Shown here one piece after another: positions 18,204 through 27,297 of a stretch of DNA of 64,000 nt (its first letter is position 1; each line of letters starts with the position of its first letter). The notes under the pieces were generated by a model. That model was not told where the DNA came from. It worked only from the letters and a program-made list of their open reading frames with translations, and did not search any database. The translations under genes were made by a program, and so were the position numbers. This DNA comes from an uncultured bacterium (GTDB lineage Bacteria > Verrucomicrobiota > Kiritimatiellia > CAIKKV01 > CAITUY01): positions 11,314 to 75,313 of the forward strand of contig CAIVSY010000041.1 in assembly GCA_903908715.1 (NCBI GenBank), given 5' to 3'.

Positions 18204-19211
18204 TTACACCTTGACGGGTTGCCCCGTCCGCAGGCTTTTCACTTCCGCTTCCACGATCTTGACGGATAGCGCGGCGCTGGCCGGTTCCACGGCCCGCGGG
18301 CGCCTGCCCTTGCGGATGCAGTCCACGAAATAACGGATCTCGTGCTCGTAGCCGATACCCGCCTTGACGGCGACCGGCTTGACCTTGCCGTTCTGCACCA
18401 CGGTGAGCTGGTTGGCCGCGCCCAGATCGAAAATGGCGGTGGCCTTCTCGAAGTTCACCGTGTATTGCATCTGGAAACCAAATCCCTGCGCCATGGCCCA
18501 GCCGCCTTCGGCGACGACCAGCGGGATTTTCCTGTAGAGGTAATGCGTGGTGACGTGATCGATGCGGTTGGTGTGGCGGGCGTACCCGCGGCTGAAGACG
18601 GAGTCCGGTTTTCCGAAGCAATACTGCACAAAATCGGTATCGTGGATGTGCAGGTCCAGAATGGCTCCCCCGCAGGCATTGCCGTTGCTGTAGAAGGGCC
18701 CGCCCGGATGCTGGGTCACCCGGCGGAAGTGGGCTGCAAGCACCTTGCCGTAGGTGCCGGCCTCGATGACTTCCTTCAGCCATCCCCAGGCCGGCCAGAA
18801 GCGCATGCACATTGCACACATCAGCATCGGTTTGGCGGAAGCCGCCGTTTTGGCGAGCTGGTCCGCCTCCCGCCCGGTCAGTGCAAATGGCTTCTCGGTA
18901 AGGACATGTTTGCCGGCCTTAAGGGCGGCGGTGGCGTACCTGCCATGCAAAGGCGTCGGCAGGCAGATATCCACAATGTCCACTTCGCGGTCGCCGATCA
19001 GTTTCATGCCCTCGTCGTACTTCTTGAAGGACGAGAAATCGATCCCGCCCTGTGACTGGCCCTTGACGTTTCCGGCCACCACGCTGCGGCCTTCCCTCCG
19101 GTCCCGGATGAGATCCGCCACGGCGACAACCTTTACTCCGCGAATCTTCCCGTACGCATCCAGATGGGTCGAACCCATCATTCCGATCCCGATAATCCCG
19201 ACTTTCAGCAT
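18204..19211 (-). CDS. Gfo/Idh/MocA family oxidoreductase
   Basis: MLKVGIIGIGMMGSTHLDAY N-terminal Rossmann motif and EKPFALTGREADQL. Confidence 0.85.
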   Translation of the reverse strand: MLKVGIIGIGMMGSTHLDAYGKIRGVKVVAVADLIRDRREGRSVVAGNVKGQSQGGIDFSSFKKYDEGMKLIGDREVDIVDICLPTPLHGRYATAALKAGKHVLTEKPFALTGREADQLAKTAASAKPMLMCAMCMRFWPAWGWLKEVIEAGTYGKVLAAHFRRVTQHPGGPFYSNGNACGGAILDLHIHDTDFVQYCFGKPDSVFSRGYARHTNRIDHVTTHYLYRKIPLVVAEGGWAMAQGFGFQMQYTVNFEKATAIFDLGAANQLTVVQNGKVKPVAVKAGIGYEHEIRYFVDCIRKGRRPRAVEPASAALSVKIVEAEVKSLRTGQPVKV

Positions 19212-19247
19212 GGCAGGCTTCCTTTCGTTGCAGGCAATGCCTGCAGG

Positions 19248-20108
19248 TTACAATTTCAACAGTTTCCCGGCGGTGCGTGCCGCCAGGTCTGTGTCCGGAA
19301 GACCCAGGTTCGGCAGGCGCGAGAACGGAATCATCTCGGCGGTCAGCGGCCCCTGGTAGCCGATTCTCTTCAGGGCTTCGAACACGGCGGGAAAGTCCAC
19401 TTCCCCCTCCAGGATGTCTTCCCCGAATCCGTGCAGGTTACCGCCGGCCAGCGAGTCGCCTTTCCAGTTCTTGATGTGGACGGCCTTGATTCGCTTGCCG
19501 ACAATCTCAATGTAGTCCTGTGACCGGACGTACAGGCAGGAATTCCCCACGTCAAAGTACATTCCGATCCGGTCCGACGGGAACTGGTCGAGAAAGAATT
19601 TCCACTCCATGGGCGAGAGAAGGAATCGGCCCCAGACATTCTCCAGTGCAATATTCACCCCGAGTTTTGCCGCCACAGGCTCCAGTTCCTGCAGAGACCT
19701 GACCGACTGCTTCCACGCCGTCTCGTACGGTGTTACGGGGATCGATGGATCCCAGGGGACCCGTGATGCCCCCGGGACAACCAGGACACTTTCCGCGCCC
19801 AGCCAGTTGGCGATCTGCAGATACTTCCGGGAAAAGGCGATGGCTTCCTTCCGGACCGATTCATCGGCTGAACTCAGGGATTTTCCCCAGAAGAAACCCG
19901 TTGCCAGGGTTCTCAGGCCGATGGAATGCTGCCGCGCAAAGGCCGAGATTCGCCGGCATTCTTCCTCGGAAATATCTATTTTGATTGCATCTCCAACCGT
20001 CAGTTCCACCCCGTCGAGTCCGGACTTCCGGGCCCAATCGATAAACTCATACGGCGTCCTGACTCCTTCAAACCCGCCGAATATCCAATAATTCAGGGCC
20101 TTGTACAT
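19248..20108 (-). CDS. Sugar phosphate isomerase/epimerase (TIM barrel)
   Basis: Start at Met7, preceded by AAGGAG. LENVWGRF and YFDVGN motifs of the xylose-isomerase-like family. Confidence 0.75.
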   Translation of the reverse strand: MYKALNYWIFGGFEGVRTPYEFIDWARKSGLDGVELTVGDAIKIDISEEECRRISAFARQHSIGLRTLATGFFWGKSLSSADESVRKEAIAFSRKYLQIANWLGAESVLVVPGASRVPWDPSIPVTPYETAWKQSVRSLQELEPVAAKLGVNIALENVWGRFLLSPMEWKFFLDQFPSDRIGMYFDVGNSCLYVRSQDYIEIVGKRIKAVHIKNWKGDSLAGGNLHGFGEDILEGEVDFPAVFEALKRIGYQGPLTAEMIPFSRLPNLGLPDTDLAARTAGKLLKL

Positions 20109-20450
20109 GGCATCTCCTTCATTCAAATGGCGTCAACATATCAGGCGTAAACAAGAAATAATATGAAAAAATATACGCGCGGTAAAGTTGAGGTTTAGAG
20201 TCATTTATTCTGCTGATCCGGCGCAATTCAGTTGCCGGTCGGCATTCCCTTTCCCTTGACGTGAGAGGGTTTGGGTGGGGGTGGTTTGAATGGAATCGCT
20301 CCGGATGAAGGAGGCGAAGGATTTCCTGATCCGGAACGGGCATGGTGGAAGCCGATGGAAGCGACCGAAAATCGTTTGCATGCGAGGCTTGGAAAACATA
20401 GCATGAAAGGCTGTGGTGTTATTGTCTGCGGTGCGAAGCGGAGGTTGTGT

Positions 20451-21554
20451 ATGGCCAAGGTTGTATTGGAGCGCGTTGAAAAGGTGTACCCGGGTGCCGT
20501 AAAGGCGGTGGATAACTTCAATCTGGAAATCCGCCAGGGTGAATTCGTGGTGCTTGTGGGACCCTCCGGTTGCGGAAAATCCACCACTCTGCGCATGGTG
20601 GCGGGACTCGAGGAAATTACGGGTGGGACCATAAAGATCGGTGATCGCGTTGTGAATGATGTTCCGCCCAAGGACCGGGATATCGCGATGGTATTCCAGA
20701 ACTACGCGCTCTACCCGCATATGACAGTGCGGGAGAACATGGCGTTCGGGCTCAAGCTCCGCAAGTTTCCCAAGAGCGAAATTGAGGCGCGGGTGAAAGA
20801 GGCCGCGAGCATCCTGGGGCTCAGCGAATTGCTCGATCGCCGCCCCAAGGCCCTCTCCGGAGGGCAGCGCCAGCGTGTGGCCGTGGGCCGCGCGATTGTG
20901 CGGAAACCCGAGGTTTTCCTGTTTGATGAGCCCCTTTCCAACCTGGACGCCAAAATGCGAGTGCAGATGCGCGTGGAAATCAGCCGGCTGCACCAGAAAC
21001 TGGGCGCCACCATGATTTATGTTACCCATGACCAGATCGAGGCGATGACCATGGGGGAACGGATCGTGGTTATGAAGGACGGATTGATCCAGCAGGTGGC
21101 TTCGCCGCTGGAGTTGTACGACAAACCCAGTAACCAGTTTGTCGCCGGATTTATCGGTACGCCGCCTATGAATTTTGTGAACGGCGTGATGTGCGAGGCG
21201 AATGGACAGATGATGTTTGAAGGGCCTGAAGGGGTACGGCTTGCGGTCTCCGCGGCGACGAAGACGGCCCTGGCGGCCTACCTCGGGAAGCCCGTTGTCC
21301 TGGGATTGCGGCCTGAACACATCGGTTCCACGGCGGCAGAGAGCCTTTCCGGCGCTCCCCGGATCCAGGCCACGGTGGATGTGATCGAGCTGATGGGGTC
21401 GGAATCCTATGTCTATCTTCGCAACGGCGGATGGAATTTCGTCAGCCGGGTTGATGCGCACCGCAAATTCAACGTTGGCGCAACAGCAGACCTTGCGGTG
21501 TTGATTGACAAGGCGCATTTCTTTGATCCGGCCAGCGGGAAGCGGATAGACTGA
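20451..21554 (+). CDS. Sugar ABC transporter ATP-binding protein (MalK/UgpC/MsmX-type), no adjacent permease
   Basis: Met61 of ORF 20271..21554. GPSGCGKST, LSGGQRQRVAVGRAI, FLFDEPLSNLDA, and a C-terminal TOBE-like regulatory domain. Confidence 0.9.
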   Translation: MAKVVLERVEKVYPGAVKAVDNFNLEIRQGEFVVLVGPSGCGKSTTLRMVAGLEEITGGTIKIGDRVVNDVPPKDRDIAMVFQNYALYPHMTVRENMAFGLKLRKFPKSEIEARVKEAASILGLSELLDRRPKALSGGQRQRVAVGRAIVRKPEVFLFDEPLSNLDAKMRVQMRVEISRLHQKLGATMIYVTHDQIEAMTMGERIVVMKDGLIQQVASPLELYDKPSNQFVAGFIGTPPMNFVNGVMCEANGQMMFEGPEGVRLAVSAATKTALAAYLGKPVVLGLRPEHIGSTAAESLSGAPRIQATVDVIELMGSESYVYLRNGGWNFVSRVDAHRKFNVGATADLAVLIDKAHFFDPASGKRID

Positions 21555-21581
21555 GTTCTCCGGGCTCGAGGGAGGATCAAC

Positions 21582-22577
21582 GTGAGTCGCAAGAAGGCCA
21601 TCTACCTCCTGGGTAGCGAGCATTTCCAGGGTATTTACGGGGACGAGGAACAAACCAGGATTGCCGGATTGGTTGATATTGTCGCCCCGCCGCAGACGGC
21701 GGAATCCATCCGGGAGAATCCTTCCGTGCTGCGCGATGTCGAAATCATCCTGAGCGGATGGGGCATGGCCGATGTGGATGATGCCTTTATCCGGTCGGCG
21801 CCGAAACTGAAGGCCATTTTCTATGCAGCCGGGTCGGTGAAGGACTTTGCCGGTCGGGCTCTCGATGCAGGCATCCTGGTGACCAGTGCTTATGCGGCTA
21901 ATGGCATTCCCGTGGCGGAATACTGTGTTGCCAACATCATCATGGGGTTGAAACAATTCCTCCCCCAGACGCGGCAGGCACATACCCGGCGCATATGGAA
22001 CCGCGCCCCGCGGATCCCGGGCGCCTATCGTTCCACCGTCGGCCTTGTTTCCCTTGGCATGGTCGGCCGGCATGTCCTCCATCTCCTGCGCTCGTATGAT
22101 GTACGGATCATCGTCTACTGCATTACGATGAACGACCAGCGGGCAGGCGAACTGGGCGTGCGCAATGGTTCGCTGCAGGAAGTGTTCGCGGTTTCGGATG
22201 TCGTTTCAATCCATACCGCCCTCACTCCGGAAACAGTCGGGATGATCACTGGAAAGCATATCGCCGCCATGAAGGAGGGGGCGACCCTGATCAATACCTC
22301 CCGGGGCGCGGTGATCCGTGAACCCGAGATGGTCGAGGTTCTGCGGCGGCGTCCGGATCTGACCGCCGTCCTGGATGTTACGGATCCGGAACCGCCGGCA
22401 CAGGATTCCCCGCTGTATCAACTCGAGAATGTTTTCCTCACGCCGCACATTGCCGGCTCCACGGGCCCCGAGTGCGGCCGGATGGGAAGCTATGCGGTGA
22501 AGGAACTGGAAAACTATCTTGCCGGTAAACCGCCCATCCACGGCGTGACGCGGGAAATGTTGCGCACCATGGCCTGA
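21582..22577 (+). CDS. D-isomer-specific 2-hydroxyacid dehydrogenase (NAD-binding)
   Basis: GTG start after GGGAGGA. GMVGRHVLHLLRSYDV (NAD-binding) and INTSRGAVI. Catalytic His in LTPHIAGST. Confidence 0.85.
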   Translation: MSRKKAIYLLGSEHFQGIYGDEEQTRIAGLVDIVAPPQTAESIRENPSVLRDVEIILSGWGMADVDDAFIRSAPKLKAIFYAAGSVKDFAGRALDAGILVTSAYAANGIPVAEYCVANIIMGLKQFLPQTRQAHTRRIWNRAPRIPGAYRSTVGLVSLGMVGRHVLHLLRSYDVRIIVYCITMNDQRAGELGVRNGSLQEVFAVSDVVSIHTALTPETVGMITGKHIAAMKEGATLINTSRGAVIREPEMVEVLRRRPDLTAVLDVTDPEPPAQDSPLYQLENVFLTPHIAGSTGPECGRMGSYAVKELENYLAGKPPIHGVTREMLRTMA

Positions 22578-22718
22578 TGAGCCGGACCCGCAACGGGAAC
22601 GGCTGCCGATATCGCGACGCGTTCTGATCTTCCGCTGGATCCGGGAAGTTCCTTCGCATACCTGAAGCAAACGCGAGCGTGGACTTGCGTGAGGAATCTG
22701 CAATAATCCGGCCAGAGT

Positions 22719-24086
22719 ATGAAGGCGGATTCCGATACCATTGCGGCCATTGCCACGGCTCCGGGCGAAGGGGCTATTTCAGTGGTGCGGGTGTCGGGTC
22801 CCGGCAGTCTGGAAATAGCCGACCGGATTTTCCGCTGCCGGGGTCCCCTGCCCTCGCAACGGGCTGGAGGCAGCTTCGTGTATGGGTATGTCATTCATGA
22901 AGGCACGGTTGCGGACGAAGGGCTGCTCCTGATCTATCGCGCTCCCCGGAGTTATACGCGAGAGGATTCGATCGAGATTCAAGGCCATGGGGGAAGCGCG
23001 GCGTCCCAGCGTATTCTTCGTGCGATCCTGGATGCGGGAGCCCGGCCGGCGAATCCGGGCGAGTTCACCCAGCGTGCGTTTCTCAACGGGCGGATTGATC
23101 TGCTGCAGGCCGAGGCGGTCTTGGATCTGATCAGGGCACGATCCGATCGCGCGGCCGCTGCTGCCTTGGATCAGATGGAGGGTCGGCTTAGCCGCATCTT
23201 TGGTTTGATGTATGACCGGCTTCTCCGATTGGCAGCCGAAATGGAGGCCACATTGGACTTTGGCGACGAGGAATTGCCGCCGACGATTCTTCAGGATGTG
23301 GCCCTGCGTCTACAGGCAGTCGAACAGGAGATGGCTCTTGTTTTATCCACATGGGGGGAAGGCCACCTATTGCGGGAAGGGGCCCTGGTTGTGATTGGCG
23401 GAAAGCCGAATGTTGGCAAATCCACACTATTGAATAGTCTTCTCGGCACCCAGCGCGCCATTGTAAACCAAGTCCCGGGCACAACCCGCGACACAATAGA
23501 GGAACATATGGTCATTGATGGCTATCCGGTCCGAATTGTTGACACGGCTGGATTGCGGGATACAGATTGCGAAGTGGAAGGCGAAGGCATTCGCCGGGCG
23601 CGTCACTCCATACAAAAGGCCGACATTCTGATCTATATGATGGATGCGTCCGGCGAGGTTGATGAAGAGGATCTGGCCGCCTTACGCGCAAAGGATGAAG
23701 GGCATACCATCATTCTGGCCAATAAGAGTGATCTTGCAATAAGCGAGTCAATAAGGTCATATATGACTAAAACGACCGTTATCGCCTGCTCTCTTGTCCG
23801 CAATGAAGGCATTGCAGAAATCAAGCAAAGAATCGCTGATCAATTGAAGTCGCAATCCTCATCTATCCACCATTCCGCGATTTCCGAACGGCATAGGAAA
23901 ATCCTTGTGCTGGCCATCAAGGATATCCAGGAAGCACTCTTGATTCTCCGGGACAAGGACGCGGAGATTCCCTTGGCGTCTTCGCACATCCGTTCCGCCT
24001 TGGAGCATCTCGGAGAGGCCAATGGCAGAGTCTATCACGAGGAACTGCTTCAGAATATTTTTTCCCGCTTCTGCATTGGAAAGTGA
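22719..24086 (+). CDS. mnmE: tRNA modification GTPase MnmE
   Basis: G-domain GKPNVGKSTLLN, DTAG, NKSD. C-terminal CIGK motif. Confidence 0.93.
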   Translation: MKADSDTIAAIATAPGEGAISVVRVSGPGSLEIADRIFRCRGPLPSQRAGGSFVYGYVIHEGTVADEGLLLIYRAPRSYTREDSIEIQGHGGSAASQRILRAILDAGARPANPGEFTQRAFLNGRIDLLQAEAVLDLIRARSDRAAAAALDQMEGRLSRIFGLMYDRLLRLAAEMEATLDFGDEELPPTILQDVALRLQAVEQEMALVLSTWGEGHLLREGALVVIGGKPNVGKSTLLNSLLGTQRAIVNQVPGTTRDTIEEHMVIDGYPVRIVDTAGLRDTDCEVEGEGIRRARHSIQKADILIYMMDASGEVDEEDLAALRAKDEGHTIILANKSDLAISESIRSYMTKTTVIACSLVRNEGIAEIKQRIADQLKSQSSSIHHSAISERHRKILVLAIKDIQEALLILRDKDAEIPLASSHIRSALEHLGEANGRVYHEELLQNIFSRFCIGK

Positions 24087-24101
24087 GGCTGTGATCGGAC
24101 G

Positions 24102-26009
24102 ATGCAGTACGAAGTCATTGTCGTAGGAGCTGGTCATGCAGGATGCGAGGCTGCTCTTGCCGCAGCCAGAATGGGCGCTACAACCGCCTTGATTACCCTT
24201 CAAAGTCAGGCCATTGCTCGAATGTCCTGTAATCCAGCCGTAGGCGGAATCGCCAAATCCCACATCGTTTGTGAGATCGATTCTCTCGGCGGAGAAATGG
24301 CTCGCAACACAGACTATACCGGTATTCAGTTCCGAACGTTGAATACAAAAAAAGGTCCTGCTGTACAAGCGTTTCGCGTGCAATGCGATAAAGATGCCTA
24401 TTCCTTGCGGATGCAGGCCGTCGTCCGCGCCGCACCCAACCTTTCTGTCATTGAGGCCGCAGTCGATGGCCTTCAGTGCCACTCCGGACGCGTCTGCGGC
24501 GTTGTCCTTAACGATCAATCTGTCATTCAGGCCAATACCGTCATTCTTACCACGGGGACATTCCTGCGAGGCATGATCCATATCGGGGCAAAACAATATC
24601 CTGGCGGACGCAATGGAGAGCCCGCCGTTCCCAATCTCAGTCTTCAACTCCGGCAGATGGGCTTCCGGATCGGACGGCTAAAAACAGGAACGCCACCCCG
24701 AATCCGCAAGGAATCTATTGCATGGGAAAAACTGTCGGTTCAGCCCGGCGAAGAACCGCCATCCTTTTTCTCGGATGAAGTCCGACAGGAGCAAATGTTC
24801 CACGTGGAACATTGTGAGTCCGGTTCATCCCTGGAGTCTTCATGCGGAAGATCCGGACAGGCATTGTTCCACGTGGAACAATCGGCGTTACGTCCCTGGA
24901 GCCCGGGATGGTGTCAGGTTCCGTGTTATATAACGCACACGACGACGGAAACGCACGCGATTATTCGGGAGAACCTGTCGAAAAGCTCGATGTATGGGGG
25001 GAACATTACGGGGACGGGTGTGCGATATTGTCCATCGATTGAGGATAAAATCGTTAAATTTGCGGATAAGGATAGCCATCATGTCTTCTTGGAGCCGGAA
25101 GGTCGCACGCATCCGGATATTTATCCAAACGGGACGTCGAATAGCCTTCCTGAGGATATTCAGGAAAGGATGATTCGTTCGATCCCTGGTATGGAGCGGG
25201 CGGTTTTCAGTAAATGGGCTTATGCGATTGAGTATGATTTCTGTGATCCGACTCAGCTTTTCCACTCTTTGGAGTCGAAAATCATCGAGGGGCTTTACAT
25301 GGCCGGGCAAATCAATGGCACAACAGGCTATGAGGAGGCGGCGGGCCAGGGGTTTTTGGCAGGTGTGAATGCTGTTCGTAAATGCCGCGGGCTGAATTCT
25401 TGGACATTGAGCCGTACTGAGTCCTACATCGGGGTATTGATTGATGATCTTGTGACAAAGGGTACGAATGAGCCGTATCGGATGTTCACTTCCCGGGCGG
25501 AATACCGACTGTTGCTTCGGCAGGATAACGCTTGTTTCCGGATGTTGCCGCACGCGAAGGAAATCGGAATTGTCGGTTCGGAGGTATTGAACCGGTGGCA
25601 GAGGCAAGCACAGGAGATCCGGACAGAAATCGCGCGCCTGGAGAAGACGGCCTCACAAGCTGGCACTTTGGCGCAGATGTTAAGGAGGACGGGAGTCTCG
25701 TATGCGGATCTCAATGGCGCCTTGCCCTTGGATTCCAAGGTGGTGGAACAGGTTGAGATCGAAGTCAAATATGCCGGCTATATAACGAGGGAATCACAAC
25801 AGGCTCTTAAGTTGCAACAGATTGATAGTCAGTTAATTCCAAATTGGATTAATTATGATTCCATCCAGACTTTGCGGTATGAATGTCGGGAAAAACTTAA
25901 AAGATTGCGGCCGGAATCCATTGGTCAGGCCGCCCGCATATCTGGTGTAACGCCAGCCGACATAGCCATTCTTGCCATTGTCATAAAAAGAGGAGAAGGG
26001 ACTAGGTAG
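24102..26009 (+). CDS. mnmG: tRNA uridine 5-carboxymethylaminomethyl modification enzyme MnmG (GidA)
   Basis: FAD motif VIVVGAGHAGCEAA. QVPCYITHT and SRAEYRLLLRQDNA conserved blocks. Carries an approximately 36-aa insertion relative to the canonical protein (see findings). Confidence 0.93.
   Translation: MQYEVIVVGAGHAGCEAALAAARMGATTALITLQSQAIARMSCNPAVGGIAKSHIVCEIDSLGGEMARNTDYTGIQFRTLNTKKGPAVQAFRVQCDKDAYSLRMQAVVRAAPNLSVIEAAVDGLQCHSGRVCGVVLNDQSVIQANTVILTTGTFLRGMIHIGAKQYPGGRNGEPAVPNLSLQLRQMGFRIGRLKTGTPPRIRKESIAWEKLSVQPGEEPPSFFSDEVRQEQMFHVEHCESGSSLESSCGRSGQALFHVEQSALRPWSPGWCQVPCYITHTTTETHAIIRENLSKSSMYGGNITGTGVRYCPSIEDKIVKFADKDSHHVFLEPEGRTHPDIYPNGTSNSLPEDIQERMIRSIPGMERAVFSKWAYAIEYDFCDPTQLFHSLESKIIEGLYMAGQINGTTGYEEAAGQGFLAGVNAVRKCRGLNSWTLSRTESYIGVLIDDLVTKGTNEPYRMFTSRAEYRLLLRQDNACFRMLPHAKEIGIVGSEVLNRWQRQAQEIRTEIARLEKTASQAGTLAQMLRRTGVSYADLNGALPLDSKVVEQVEIEVKYAGYITRESQQALKLQQIDSQLIPNWINYDSIQTLRYECREKLKRLRPESIGQAARISGVTPADIAILAIVIKRGEGTR
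24795..24882. repeat. Paired 18-bp perfect palindromes (ATGTTCCACGTGGAACAT / TTGTTCCACGTGGAACAA) inside mnmG
   Basis: Two copies of the TGTTCCACGTGGAACA core 70 bp apart, with internal GTCCGG...CCGGAC symmetry. In frame, it encodes MFHVEH...LFHVEQ. Confidence 0.8.
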
Positions 26010-26105
26010 TCATAGCTGACTTATTCGTCGTGTTTAGTTGTTGAATTGTATTATGGCCGGATGCGGGTTGGTTTCGGACTGCGCTTCGGCGGAAAGGAAG
26101 GGAAA

Positions 26106-26537
26106 ATGCGCGCGTTGTTACTGATGGGTTTTTGGATGCTCATGGCTGGACTGACCGGATGCGGGAGCCCGGAGAATATCAGTGTTGATATTCTCGCGCC
26201 GCTGCAAGTAAAGAAAGGCGATGAATTTGTCATCACCGCTTGTGTCAGCAACTCGGCGAAGAATGGTCAAACACTGGTCAGCCTGGATATCGGCGACAAA
26301 TACATGGAAGGCATTGCGATCCTGAAGACGGACCCGAATCATAAGGAAGCGAGCCACGTGCCGATTGACAACACCATGAGTTACGTCTTCCGCCTGCCCG
26401 TGCAACCCGGAGAGGAAAAGCGCGTCCTGCTTCACGCAAAGGCCATCAAGGCCGGGGATTTTAACTCGGAAATCGATTTCTGCATCAACTCGGATGTGAT
26501 GTTCCTGACCAAGGGTGTGAGAACGATCGTGGAATAG
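26106..26537 (+). CDS. Hypothetical lipoprotein
   Basis: Met21 start. Signal peptide with lipobox LLMGFWMLMAGLTGC. No recognisable domain. Confidence 0.5.
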   Translation: MRALLLMGFWMLMAGLTGCGSPENISVDILAPLQVKKGDEFVITACVSNSAKNGQTLVSLDIGDKYMEGIAILKTDPNHKEASHVPIDNTMSYVFRLPVQPGEEKRVLLHAKAIKAGDFNSEIDFCINSDVMFLTKGVRTIVE

Positions 26538-26824
26538 GGCCGATTCCGCTCCCAAGTTGAGCGGACGGCGCTTGGAAGGGATTTTGCGCGATTCCAGCCG
26601 GACCAAGCCGGGCCGATTCAGTTGCCGGCTGCAATTTTCCTCACCTGCATCCTCTCAGCGCAAGGGGCGAGGAAGTGCAATGACTCTCCTTATGTCGTCA
26701 CCAGGAGGGGATGACACAGAATGATCCAGAATTTCCTCTCCCTTGACGGGGGCCGCCTCTGGGCAAGCGCTTCCGCGATCCCCGGAGGTTCAGGGTGAGG
26801 GCGTTTTGATTTAACTCTTTCCGG

Positions 26825-27187
26825 CTAAGTGTGTTCCTGCATCTGCTGCTTGAGGATGCGTATGCGTTCCTCGAGTTCGCGGATCCGGTACAGTGAGCGA
26901 CCCATGAGGTAGATTCCCAGGACAACCAGGGCGATGCTCATGGCGGCCACGGGTACAATCCAATAGATCACGCTCGATAACGTGTAAAGCCGCGAGGTGG
27001 CGATCAGTACGCTGAAAACCGACAAGGGGAGCGCGAATACGGCAATGGCGGTGCGCATCACGGAAAGAGCCGTCCGCTTCTCGGCCAGAAGCAACTCGAC
27101 TTCCCCGATAATCATGGAAATGGGAAGCCGCCTCCCGTTTCGTGAAGATGTCCCTGTAGCCGCCGGTGTACCCTGCATGTGTTCCAT
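26825..27187 (-). CDS. Small membrane protein (DUF202/YidH-like)
   Basis: EKRTALSVMRTAIAVFALPLSVF followed by a second TM helix. Weak family assignment. Confidence 0.4.
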   Translation of the reverse strand: MEHMQGTPAATGTSSRNGRRLPISMIIGEVELLLAEKRTALSVMRTAIAVFALPLSVFSVLIATSRLYTLSSVIYWIVPVAAMSIALVVLGIYLMGRSLYRIRELEERIRILKQQMQEHT

Positions 27188-27297
27188 ATATGCCTCTGAT
27201 TGCTTTCCGCCATTATGGAACGCCGGACGGCGGGAATCACGCGAAATGTGAGCGGTCCCGCAGATGGGTGTGAAGTCGAAAGAGGAGTGGAACGGGT

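Noticed and set aside
17113-18819. 568-aa ORF as one protein
   Set aside because: The N-terminal 210 aa are Arg/Gly-rich and lack motifs. The Rossmann-fold start MALIRRD...GAGKMG marks the real start at 18183.
20205-22082. 625-aa minus-strand ORF
   Set aside because: It lies entirely antisense to the MalK-type ATPase and the 2-hydroxyacid dehydrogenase. Its composition is Arg/Gly/His-rich. This is the well-known conserved antisense shadow of ABC ATPase genes.
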